Positions 42,099-50,457 of a stretch of DNA of 64,000 nucleotides are shown here, piece after piece; positions within the stretch are counted from its first letter, which is position 1; each line of letters opens with the position of its first letter. A program made the translations under genes and the position numbers. Source of the stretch: an uncultured Methanobacteriaceae archaeon. Lineage in GTDB: Archaea > Methanobacteriota > Methanobacteria > Methanobacteriales > Methanobacteriaceae. The notes beneath the pieces were generated by a model. It did not search any database, was not told the DNA's origin, and saw nothing but the letters and a program-made list of their open reading frames with translations. The stretch is from contig CAYNSJ010000001.1 of the NCBI GenBank assembly GCA_964399835.1, positions 25,132-89,131 on the forward strand, in the 5' to 3' direction.

Positions 42099-42914
42099 GT
42101 GGTAAACCCAAAGAAAGTAAGTCCCACTAAATTAGGACAAGATACTCGAAAAGCAAATCTTAATATTAGTGTTGATGGAATATTAGGATTAATCAGTTTT
42201 TCATCTATAATACCTATAAAAAGGATGGTTCCTATAGAAAAAATGTCTGGTAGTGTAATTTTATGGCCATACATAGGAATAATTATAGGTGGTGTAGCTG
42301 CAGTAGTAGCCTACATTTTAACATCTTTATTAGCTCTTCCACAACTTTTAACTGCAGCAATAGTTTATGCATTTATATTATGGTTTACTGGATTTAATCA
42401 TATTGATGGTGTAATCGATATGGGTGATGGATTAATGGTCCATGGAGATCATAAGAAAAGATTAAGTGTAATGCGAGATTCTATGGTAGGAACAGGTGGA
42501 ATAACAGCATTCTTTATCATTGGATTATTAACTGTTGTATCTTTATCTGAAATACCTGTTGCAATGTTTATAGCTTCAATAGTACTAATGGAAATATGTG
42601 CCAAGCTTGGAATGATTACAACAATGTGTTTTGGAACAAGTGATACTCATGGAATTGGTCATGAAATAAAAAAAGGAGTTGATGCTAAAGTACTTATGCC
42701 AACAATAGTAGTTATATTAGTAATAGGTTATTTATTGCTAAATGTTTCAGGGGTAATGGCAGTAGCAGCAACAGTAATAGTAGGATTATTAGTATCATAT
42801 GTAGCACAAAAAAATTTTGGTTGTGTAACAGGAGATGCATTAGGGGCATCTAATGAAATATCAAGATTAATAACACTTTTATTTATACTAATAAACTTAC
42901 ATATAATAATTTAA
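42099..42914 (+). CDS. cobS: Adenosylcobinamide-GDP ribazoletransferase (cobalamin-5'-phosphate synthase)
   Basis: 271 aa with a GTG start after GGAGA. FSSIIPI ... WPYIGIIIG ... HIDGVIDMGDGL ... GCVTGDALGA are typical of polytopic membrane CobS proteins. Confidence 0.88.
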   Translation: MVNPKKVSPTKLGQDTRKANLNISVDGILGLISFSSIIPIKRMVPIEKMSGSVILWPYIGIIIGGVAAVVAYILTSLLALPQLLTAAIVYAFILWFTGFNHIDGVIDMGDGLMVHGDHKKRLSVMRDSMVGTGGITAFFIIGLLTVVSLSEIPVAMFIASIVLMEICAKLGMITTMCFGTSDTHGIGHEIKKGVDAKVLMPTIVVILVIGYLLLNVSGVMAVAATVIVGLLVSYVAQKNFGCVTGDALGASNEISRLITLLFILINLHIII

Positions 42915-42929
42915 AATAGGAGAATATGA

Positions 42930-43460
42930 ATGATAACTGTATTAAGATTAGATCATAGAATGGCAAGAGATGCAAGAATAACAACACATGTTTGTTTAAC
43001 TTCAAGAGCATTTGGTGCTGATAAAGTTATATTAAATGGAGATCATGATCAACATATTATAGATTCAGTACATAAAATAACTAATAGTTGGGGTGGAGAT
43101 TTTCAGATAGATTATAATGAAAGTTATAAACAAGTAATTAAAGATCATAAAAAACAAGGATATGAAATAATTCATTTAACTATGTATGGAAAACCCGTTC
43201 AAGAAGCAATACCACCTATAAAAGATAATGGTAAAAATAAACTAATTATTGTTGGGGGATCTAGAGTACCAACAGAAGTTTATGAAGCAGCAGATTGGAA
43301 TGTCAGTGTAACAACTCAACCTCATTCTGAAGTAGCAGCATTAGCAATATGTTTGGATTTATTACATGATAGAAAAGAATTAGAAAAAACATATACTGAT
43401 GGAAAAATGCATATAATACCAAATAATGAACGTAAAGAAGTAGTAAGAGATGATAATTAA
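42930..43460 (+). CDS. tRNA (cytidine56-2'-O)-methyltransferase aTrm56 (SPOUT)
   Basis: 176 aa with VLRLDHRMARDARITTHVCLTSRAFGADKV and HLTMYG. Confidence 0.85.
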   Translation: MITVLRLDHRMARDARITTHVCLTSRAFGADKVILNGDHDQHIIDSVHKITNSWGGDFQIDYNESYKQVIKDHKKQGYEIIHLTMYGKPVQEAIPPIKDNGKNKLIIVGGSRVPTEVYEAADWNVSVTTQPHSEVAALAICLDLLHDRKELEKTYTDGKMHIIPNNERKEVVRDDN

Positions 43461-43495
43461 ATCATTTCTTTTATTTACTAATTTTTATACTTTTT

Positions 43496-44398
43496 TTAAA
43501 TTATACTTATTAAGATAGGTAGTGTAATTAAACTAATAATCATACTAATAATTATACAATCTGAACTCAATTTAACATCTAAATCATAATCAATCGCAAA
43601 TGCTAAAGTAAACATTGCACAAGGCATAGCTGATTGAATGATTCCTATTGTAAACTCAAATCTATTAATTCCAAGTAAATAAAAAATTCCTATGGCTATA
43701 ATTGGATTTATAACTAATTTAATTATGGAAACTAATGAAACCATTTTTAAATCTCTTGTAAGTCCACTGAAATCTATAGATAATCCTAATGAAATTAGTA
43801 TTAAAGGTATAGTTGCAGCTTTTAAATAACTCAATGAACTAAGTACTACTTCTCCAATTTGTATATTAAGTAAATTAAAAGTAAAACCTAATATTAAAGC
43901 CCATAATAATGGAAGAGTAATAACTTTTTTAATAACTTTTTTAATATCCCCTCCAAATATGAATAGTAATATGATATTTAATAAAATAAGCATTATATTT
44001 GTATTTATATCACAAAATATTGCTCTTATAAGTCCATCATTACCAAATATACCTAATATAACCGGAAAACCTATAAACGCAGTACTACTCATCATTATAA
44101 CAGTTAATACAGTCCATATGGTTTTTTTATCATATTGTTTTAATGAAAGAAATGCATAGGTTAAGCCACCTAATAAAAAACTACTTATTAATCCTGCTAT
44201 TGGAAGCATCCCTAATTTAGGTAATAAGCTCATATTTGAATTATATATTGAATAAAAAACTAATGAGGGTAAAGCAATATTTAATACAATTTTGTTTATT
44301 GTGTTAGTATCTTCAGTTGTTAATAAACCTACTTTTTTAGTAAGATATCCTATGAATATTATTATTAGTATTGTTAGAAATGTAAATTCTAAATTCAT
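43496..44398 (-). CDS. Auxin-efflux-carrier (AEC) family membrane transporter
   Basis: 300 aa with about 10 TM segments. The N-terminus IIIFIGYLTKKVGLL......INKIVLNIALPSLVF is characteristic of AEC permeases. Confidence 0.8.
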   Translation of the reverse strand: MNLEFTFLTILIIIFIGYLTKKVGLLTTEDTNTINKIVLNIALPSLVFYSIYNSNMSLLPKLGMLPIAGLISSFLLGGLTYAFLSLKQYDKKTIWTVLTVIMMSSTAFIGFPVILGIFGNDGLIRAIFCDINTNIMLILLNIILLFIFGGDIKKVIKKVITLPLLWALILGFTFNLLNIQIGEVVLSSLSYLKAATIPLILISLGLSIDFSGLTRDLKMVSLVSIIKLVINPIIAIGIFYLLGINRFEFTIGIIQSAMPCAMFTLAFAIDYDLDVKLSSDCIIISMIISLITLPILISII

Positions 44399-44524
44399 AT
44401 TATCTCCATTAAAATAGGCTTATTTTATTTAAATATATATTATTGTTAATTATTTTAAAGTTTAATTAGTAAGGGTAAAATAATAAAAAATAGTAAAAAA
44501 AAGGGGATTAAGTGGATAAATAAT

Positions 44525-45628
44525 TTATTGATCTATTTTACCAGCAATAAAATCTTCAACTTTTTCACATGCTATGTCATCAGAGTATTGTTCTGGTGGA
44601 TGTTTCATAGTATATGATGAAATGGATGTTAAAGCTCCTCCAATACCTCTTTTCAATGCTAATTTACAACATCGAATAGTATCAATAACACATCCAGCAC
44701 TATTAGGACTATCTTCTACACTTAATCTAAGTTCTATGTTCATAGGTACATCACCAAATGTTCGTCCTTCCATACGTAAGAAACATAGTTTATTATCTTT
44801 CTGCCATGGTACATAATCACTTGGTCCAATATGGATATCATCATCATCTAATCTATGAGCTAGTACTGATTGTACTGCTTCTGTTTTTGATTCTCTTTTT
44901 GATGCTAATCTATCATGATTTAACATATTTAAGAAATCAGTATTTCCACCAGTATTCAATTGATAAGTTCTATCTAATTTTACACCACGGTTTTTAAATA
45001 AATTGGCTAATGTTCTATGGGTTATAGTTGCACCAATCTGAGCTTTTATGTCATCTCCGATACAAGGTAATCCTTTTGCTTTAAATTTTTGTTCATATTC
45101 AGGATCACTTACTATAAATATAGGAACACAATTGATAAATGCAATTTCAGCATCTAAAGCACACTCAGCATAAAATTTTCCAGCTTTTTCAGAGCCTACT
45201 GGTAAATAATTAACTAATATTTCAGCTCCACTATCTTTTAATATTTTTACAATTTCTTCTTTTGTATTTTCGGGTTCATCTGAAATTATAAATGTTGAAT
45301 CATCTTTATACTTTTTCATATGTGGTGCTACACCATCTAGTACTTTCCCCATTGTGACTTTTACACCAGTCTCCTCTAAATCAGGGTAAAAAATCTTTGT
45401 ACAATTTGGTTTAGCATATATAGCTTCGCTTAGGTCTTTCCCTACTTTCCTTTGATCTATATCTATAGCTGCTACTACTTCAATATCTGATGGTTTGTAT
45501 CCATCTATTTTCCAATGCATTAATCCATCAGTATCTTCTTCTTTTTTATCTTCGTAGTAATATAATCCTTGTATTAATGAACTAGCACAGTTACCTATTC
45601 CAACAACAGCTATTTTTATTTTATCCAT
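44525..45628 (-). CDS. myo-Inositol-1-phosphate synthase
   Basis: 367 aa. KIAVVGIGNCASSLIQGLYYY (Ino1-type NAD-binding N-terminus), FINCVP, GDDIKAQIGAT and LRLSVEDSPNSAG are present. Confidence 0.88.
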   Translation of the reverse strand: MDKIKIAVVGIGNCASSLIQGLYYYEDKKEEDTDGLMHWKIDGYKPSDIEVVAAIDIDQRKVGKDLSEAIYAKPNCTKIFYPDLEETGVKVTMGKVLDGVAPHMKKYKDDSTFIISDEPENTKEEIVKILKDSGAEILVNYLPVGSEKAGKFYAECALDAEIAFINCVPIFIVSDPEYEQKFKAKGLPCIGDDIKAQIGATITHRTLANLFKNRGVKLDRTYQLNTGGNTDFLNMLNHDRLASKRESKTEAVQSVLAHRLDDDDIHIGPSDYVPWQKDNKLCFLRMEGRTFGDVPMNIELRLSVEDSPNSAGCVIDTIRCCKLALKRGIGGALTSISSYTMKHPPEQYSDDIACEKVEDFIAGKIDQ

Positions 45629-45816
45629 TATTAAACCTCTAATTTTCTTATTATTTTATGGATTTTATTAATCCTTATTTTTTTCTGAATGGTGATTATG
45701 TTTTGTCGTTATATTATGATCATGAATTATTAAGTTAAATTATTGTAAAATTCATACTATACTTTTATCTATTTTTTCAATAATTAAATATTTACTATAG
45801 TATATTATATAAAAAT

Positions 45817-46707
45817 TTAATTTTTTTGAAGAATTCCCGTTATTTTCGCACTCATATCATCAGCTTGGTGTAAAGCTATAGCTTCAGGTATTTTTGGATC
45901 AACAGTTGAACCCCATCCTAATTTAGTTTCACCATGATGACTTAATATCATATGTATTAGTTTATCTTCAAGTTCTTCATTCATTTCCATTAAATTCATT
46001 TTTTCTTCAACAAGAGAAGCTGATATATGTAAATGATCTATTAATCTTCCACGTTTAGTCATATCAATAGTATTATCTTTCATATAATAAGTTTCAATTT
46101 TTCCTATATCATGTAATATAGCTCCAGTTATTAGTAAATCTTTATTGATTTCAGAATAAAGTTCGGTTATAGTCTCACAAATTGTTACTACTTCTAATGT
46201 ATGAATTAAAAGGCCTCCTTTATAATTATGATGGTGATATTTAGCAGCAGGTGATGTAAAAAACTTATCTGTAAATTCAACATCATTAAAAAATAGGTTA
46301 AGAAGCTGTCTTAATTCTGAATTTTCTATTCTATTTATAATAGTCATTAATTTATCTATTTCTACGTCAATATTTTTAACTTCTCTTTGGAAATTTTCCA
46401 TTTCATAATGTCTAGCTGGATTGATTTTTTTAATTAGTATATTGTATTTTCCACTATTTGCAGGAAATTCTTGTATTTTTCCAACAATATTGTTAATTGT
46501 ATTAATTTCTATGGAATTATAAGTTTTATTAATACTTTTAGGGAACATTCTTCCTTTAATCTCGCCAGTTTTATCTAATAAATCCAATTCAATATAAGGT
46601 TTTCCATTCACAGAATGTTTTATTATTTTTTGTGTTATCACAAATTGACTAATTATTTCACGATCACTATTGAAGTTTTTTATATAATCTTCTTCTTTTT
46701 TTGGCAA
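45817..46707 (-). CDS. OB-fold + HD-domain phosphohydrolase (YhaM-like 3'-5' exoribonuclease family)
   Basis: 296 aa. N-terminal OB is NGKPYIELDLLDKTGEIKGRMF, and the HD domain shows HHHNYKGGLLIHT ... AILHDIGK ... HH. Confidence 0.72.
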   Translation of the reverse strand: MPKKEEDYIKNFNSDREIISQFVITQKIIKHSVNGKPYIELDLLDKTGEIKGRMFPKSINKTYNSIEINTINNIVGKIQEFPANSGKYNILIKKINPARHYEMENFQREVKNIDVEIDKLMTIINRIENSELRQLLNLFFNDVEFTDKFFTSPAAKYHHHNYKGGLLIHTLEVVTICETITELYSEINKDLLITGAILHDIGKIETYYMKDNTIDMTKRGRLIDHLHISASLVEEKMNLMEMNEELEDKLIHMILSHHGETKLGWGSTVDPKIPEAIALHQADDMSAKITGILQKN

Positions 46708-47009
46708 TTAGTTACCCTTCTTTTTTTTTGGTTGTCTATTAAATATTATATTACTGTTTTCTTTTTATTGTTTTTTTGTATTGGGTATATAAGTTATTAA
46801 TATATTAATTCTAACTTATTATTAGTTTTATATTTAGTATTACTTTATATACTTTAATTTATATAGAATTAATAATATTTTTTTTAATTAAAAATTATTT
46901 TATTTAATAATTAAATATTTAATAAATAATTTAAATAAATTTGAATAAGATTAATATTTATTTATGTAAAATAATATAATAAAATAAACAAATTTAGAAG
47001 GAATAAATT

Positions 47010-47810
47010 ATGAGTTGTTATAAATATTGGGATAAATTATTAGAAGTATCCCACGATCTTGGGGATTATTCATATCCTATCGAAAATCCAGATAAAGTAA
47101 TACCTTTATTAGATTCTGTAGAAGTCATAGCACATGATAAAGAAATAGATTTTGATTCAGCAAAGCATATATTTGAAAATAAAACAATGGTTGATGCTTT
47201 AAATAAAATTAGAAAATTTTATGTAACAATGGGAGCAAGTTTAGAAAGAGACAATGCATTATCAATAATAAATGCAGAAAATCCAATAGAAAAGATGAAA
47301 GAATTTCATTTTTATGAACGATATGAAATGTTAATAGCAAATGAACAAAGTATGATTCATCTTAATGAAGGACAAAAATTAGTTTTCATTGGTGGAGGAC
47401 CATTACCTTTAACATTAATAATGTTTAATAAATTGTATAACATAAAGGGAATTAGTGTTGAAATACAACCAGAAATAGCAGACATCTCAAGAAAAATGCT
47501 TAAAAAGATTGGTTTAGATAATGAAATCGAAGTATTAACTGGTGATGAAACAATAATTAAAGATCTAACTGATTATGATACAATAATGATTGCTGCTTTT
47601 GCTGTACCAAAAGAAAGAGTATTTCAAAATGTAAGAAAATATTCTAAATCTAATGTACCTATAATGTATAGGACATATAGTGGGATGCGAAAGATATTAT
47701 ATGAACCTATAGATGATAATGCATTTAAAGGATATAAAGAAAAAGAAAGGAAATTACCTCCAGGAAAAGTAAATAATACTTCTGTTTTGCTTGAAAAAAT
47801 TGAAAATTAA
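47010..47810 (+). CDS. Nicotianamine-synthase-like protein (archaeal thermonicotianamine synthase type)
   Basis: 266 aa. MSCYKYWDK, RKFYV, FIGGGPLPLT, ITGDET-like LTGDET, YRTYSGMR.ILY and GKVNNTSVL match my memory of the Methanothermobacter MtNAS (MTH675) sequence, which has the same length. Confidence 0.82.
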   Translation: MSCYKYWDKLLEVSHDLGDYSYPIENPDKVIPLLDSVEVIAHDKEIDFDSAKHIFENKTMVDALNKIRKFYVTMGASLERDNALSIINAENPIEKMKEFHFYERYEMLIANEQSMIHLNEGQKLVFIGGGPLPLTLIMFNKLYNIKGISVEIQPEIADISRKMLKKIGLDNEIEVLTGDETIIKDLTDYDTIMIAAFAVPKERVFQNVRKYSKSNVPIMYRTYSGMRKILYEPIDDNAFKGYKEKERKLPPGKVNNTSVLLEKIEN

Positions 47811-47938
47811 ACTATTTACTTTTTAATTTAATTATATCAATAAAAAATAATTTAACAAATAGCATAATACGTAATGTTATTATTAATTAAATATAGATAT
47901 CTAACCATATTTTTCTAATTTAAATGGGATTGATTATA

Positions 47939-48628
47939 ATGGATTTATGGGAAAAAATTGAATTATTTTGTAAAGATAATAACTTAAAATATTATGGAGT
48001 ATCTGATTTATCAACTGTAACTGATTATATAAATGATAACTGTCCAAGTTATATTTGTGCTTATCCGAAAGCAATATCAATTGGAATTAAAATTCCAGAT
48101 ATGTTATTGGAGAATTTAAAAGATCCTTCTGCTAAAATAAATTATTTTAATACTCTTTTAACTGTTAATCAAGAGTTAAGTAATATATCAATTAAAATAT
48201 CGCAAATAATAGAAGATGAAACTTATGAAGCATCACCTGTTTTAGCTTCAGTTACAACATCTAATGAAACGTTAGGTAGTCTGTTTTCTCACAAGTTAGC
48301 TGCTCATTTAGCTGGTCTTGGGTGGATTGGTAAAAGTTGTCTTTTGATTAATCCTGAGGTAGGTCCTCGTATAAGGTGGGTAACTATTTTAACGGACGCA
48401 CCACTTGATGCTACTGGTGAAGCAATGGATAATCATTGTGGTAATTGTACTAAATGTATTGATATTTGTCCTGTGCATGCTTTTACTGAAGTAGATACTG
48501 ATGATTTAAGTAATAGAGATATTCGATTTGATGCTCATAAATGTTATGATTACTTAAATAGTGATGATAAAGCTCCAACCTGTGGATTATGTGTTAAAAT
48601 ATGTCCACAGGGTAATAGAAAAAAATAG
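47939..48628 (+). CDS. QueG-like (epoxyqueuosine reductase / reductive-dehalogenase-related) 2x[4Fe-4S] protein, paralog 1
   Basis: FSHKLAAHLAGLGWIGKSCLLINPEVGPRIRW, CGNCTKCIDICP and CGLCVKICP are present. The start is placed at MDLWEK by alignment with paralog 2 (the track start is 47924). It is about 230 aa, shorter than canonical QueG. Confidence 0.7.
   Translation: MDLWEKIELFCKDNNLKYYGVSDLSTVTDYINDNCPSYICAYPKAISIGIKIPDMLLENLKDPSAKINYFNTLLTVNQELSNISIKISQIIEDETYEASPVLASVTTSNETLGSLFSHKLAAHLAGLGWIGKSCLLINPEVGPRIRWVTILTDAPLDATGEAMDNHCGNCTKCIDICPVHAFTEVDTDDLSNRDIRFDAHKCYDYLNSDDKAPTCGLCVKICPQGNRKK
48276..48497. repeat. 222-bp tract 100% identical to 49147..49368
   Basis: Base-by-base comparison of the two paralogs. 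The flanking coding sequence is clearly diverged. Confidence 0.9.
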
Positions 48629-48652
48629 AAAATTAATTTACAATTATTACTT

Positions 48653-48706
48653 TTTTTATTAAATCTTTTTTTTGAATTTTTTTTATTAAATCTTTTTTTT
48701 GAATTT
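48653..48706. repeat. Perfect 27-bp tandem duplication (TTTTTATTAAATCTTTTTTTTGAATTT x2), each copy with a T8 run
   Basis: Read directly: 48653-48679 equals 48680-48706. It lies 25 nt after the stop of paralog 1 and is a plausible doubled oligo-T terminator. Confidence 0.8.
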
Positions 48707-48809
48707 CTTTATTTTAAAACATTTGTTTAATTATTTACTTTACATAATATTATTATTAATCAAATAAATATCTAACCACATATTTAAAATTTTAAAGAGA
48801 TGAATTTTA

Positions 48810-49508
48810 ATGAAGTTATGGGAAAAAATTGAATCATTTTGTAAAGAAAATGATATAGATTATTATGGAGTATCTGATTTATCTGAAGTATCTGATTATA
48901 TTCATAATACTTGTCCTGGTTATATTTCTAATTATCCAAAAGCAATATCTTTAGGTATAAAACTTCCGGATGGTCTTCTTGATAATTTAGATGATCCAGC
49001 AGCTGAGATGAATTATTTAGATGCATATTTTATTATCAATGATGATTTAAATGTACTTGCTTTTAAAATATCTAAAATGGTAGAAAAAGAAAATTATAAT
49101 ACATTACCTGTTTTAGCTTCAGTTACAACATCTAATGAGAAATTATGTAGTCTGTTTTCTCACAAGTTAGCTGCTCATTTAGCTGGTCTTGGGTGGATTG
49201 GTAAAAGTTGTCTTTTGATTAATCCTGAGGTAGGTCCTCGTATAAGGTGGGTAACTATTTTAACGGACGCACCACTTGATGCTACTGGTGAAGCAATGGA
49301 TAATCATTGTGGTAATTGTACTAAATGTATTGATATTTGTCCTGTGCATGCTTTTACTGAAGTAGATATTAATGATTTAAGTAATAGGGATATTCGATTT
49401 GATGCTCATAAGTGTCATGATTATTTTAATAAATTAAAAGATGAAGGTAAAACTGCTATGTGTGGATTGTGTGTCAAAGTATGTCCACACGGTAATATAA
49501 AAAAATAG
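48810..49508 (+). CDS. QueG-like 2x[4Fe-4S] protein, paralog 2
   Basis: 232 aa with the same motifs as paralog 1, displaced by exactly 871 bp. The upstream ATATCTAACCA box is also shared. Confidence 0.7.
   Translation: MKLWEKIESFCKENDIDYYGVSDLSEVSDYIHNTCPGYISNYPKAISLGIKLPDGLLDNLDDPAAEMNYLDAYFIINDDLNVLAFKISKMVEKENYNTLPVLASVTTSNEKLCSLFSHKLAAHLAGLGWIGKSCLLINPEVGPRIRWVTILTDAPLDATGEAMDNHCGNCTKCIDICPVHAFTEVDINDLSNRDIRFDAHKCHDYFNKLKDEGKTAMCGLCVKVCPHGNIKK
49147..49368. repeat. 222-bp tract 100% identical to 48276..48497
   Basis: See the partner repeat. Confidence 0.9.
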
Positions 49509-49566
49509 AAAATGGATTATCACTTACTTTTATAAAAATTTATTACTAGTTTAATCTTCTTCTTTT

Positions 49567-50457
49567 TTAATTTAATTTAGGTTCTAATTGTTTGATGAAA
49601 AGAATTATGACTGATATAATTAATGGGAAGAAAAATAAATATAGAATCAGTAATAATTCTGGTGGTATGATAGATCCCATAATTGTTGTTGCAGCTATAA
49701 TCATTATAAAAAATACAACCGGACCTAAAACAGCAATAAACATGTATAACATCATAAATGAGTTTAATTTTTCTGAATACTCTTTATATTTTATACGCAT
49801 TTCATATGCACTTTCTTCAGCTATTGCATTTAATGTATTTGATAAATCACCACCATTAGTTAAGGTACGTATTATTTGGTTTGTTATTTGATCCATTAAT
49901 TCGTTATTTATTCTTTTAGAAAGATTATTTAAAGCTGTTTTGTAATTATCACCATAATGTATATCTTCTAATGTTCTTTTGAATTCTTCAGATAATACAC
50001 CATAATCGCTATTTGCTACAGAATTCATACTATCATATAATCCTAGTCCTGCTTTTAATTCTGTTGCCATTTGCCTTAATGCATAAGGTAATACTTTTAA
50101 AATTTCATTAGTTCTATTTTTCTGAGTAATAGTTGGTTTCAGTTTGATAATAATTATCATTGATAAAATTAGTAAGTTAATGATTAGTGCTGTAAGAATA
50201 TTAAATATTAATGAAATTATGGTTAATGATGTTATTAGAAATAATGCTATTTTTATTTGTTCTTTTGATGTTGGTGCTTTTTTGGTGTTTTCTTTTAGTA
50301 TTTCATCAATACTTTCAGAATATGTGATTTTTTTGTGTTGTTGTTTTTTATTTCTTATCTGGATATTCTTAATTTTTTTATAGTTGTTTGGACTAGTGAT
50401 TATGGTATAACTTTTAACTGTTTTTGTTCCTATTTTTAATAGTAGTTTTCTTATCAT
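49567..50457 (-). CDS. Type IV pilus-like platform membrane protein with a single T2SS-F domain (TadB/C- or EpdJ/K-like)
   Basis: 296 aa. A basic N-terminus and TM segments are followed by the T2SSF-type helix bundle LPYALRQMATELKAGLGLYDSM ... and C-terminal TM segments. It overlaps the ATPase gene stop by 4 nt. Confidence 0.72.
   Translation of the reverse strand: MIRKLLLKIGTKTVKSYTIITSPNNYKKIKNIQIRNKKQQHKKITYSESIDEILKENTKKAPTSKEQIKIALFLITSLTIISLIFNILTALIINLLILSMIIIIKLKPTITQKNRTNEILKVLPYALRQMATELKAGLGLYDSMNSVANSDYGVLSEEFKRTLEDIHYGDNYKTALNNLSKRINNELMDQITNQIIRTLTNGGDLSNTLNAIAEESAYEMRIKYKEYSEKLNSFMMLYMFIAVLGPVVFFIMIIAATTIMGSIIPPELLLILYLFFFPLIISVIILFIKQLEPKLN

Noticed and set aside
41933-42274. 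113-aa minus-strand ORF spanning the cobZ-like/cobS junction
   Set aside because: It overlaps two well-supported plus-strand genes and their RBS region, and shows no motif.
48653-48706. Considered whether the 27-bp direct repeat could be a minimal CRISPR array
   Set aside because: There are only two copies, directly abutting with no spacer. The sequence is T-rich and non-palindromic, and no cas genes occur in the window.
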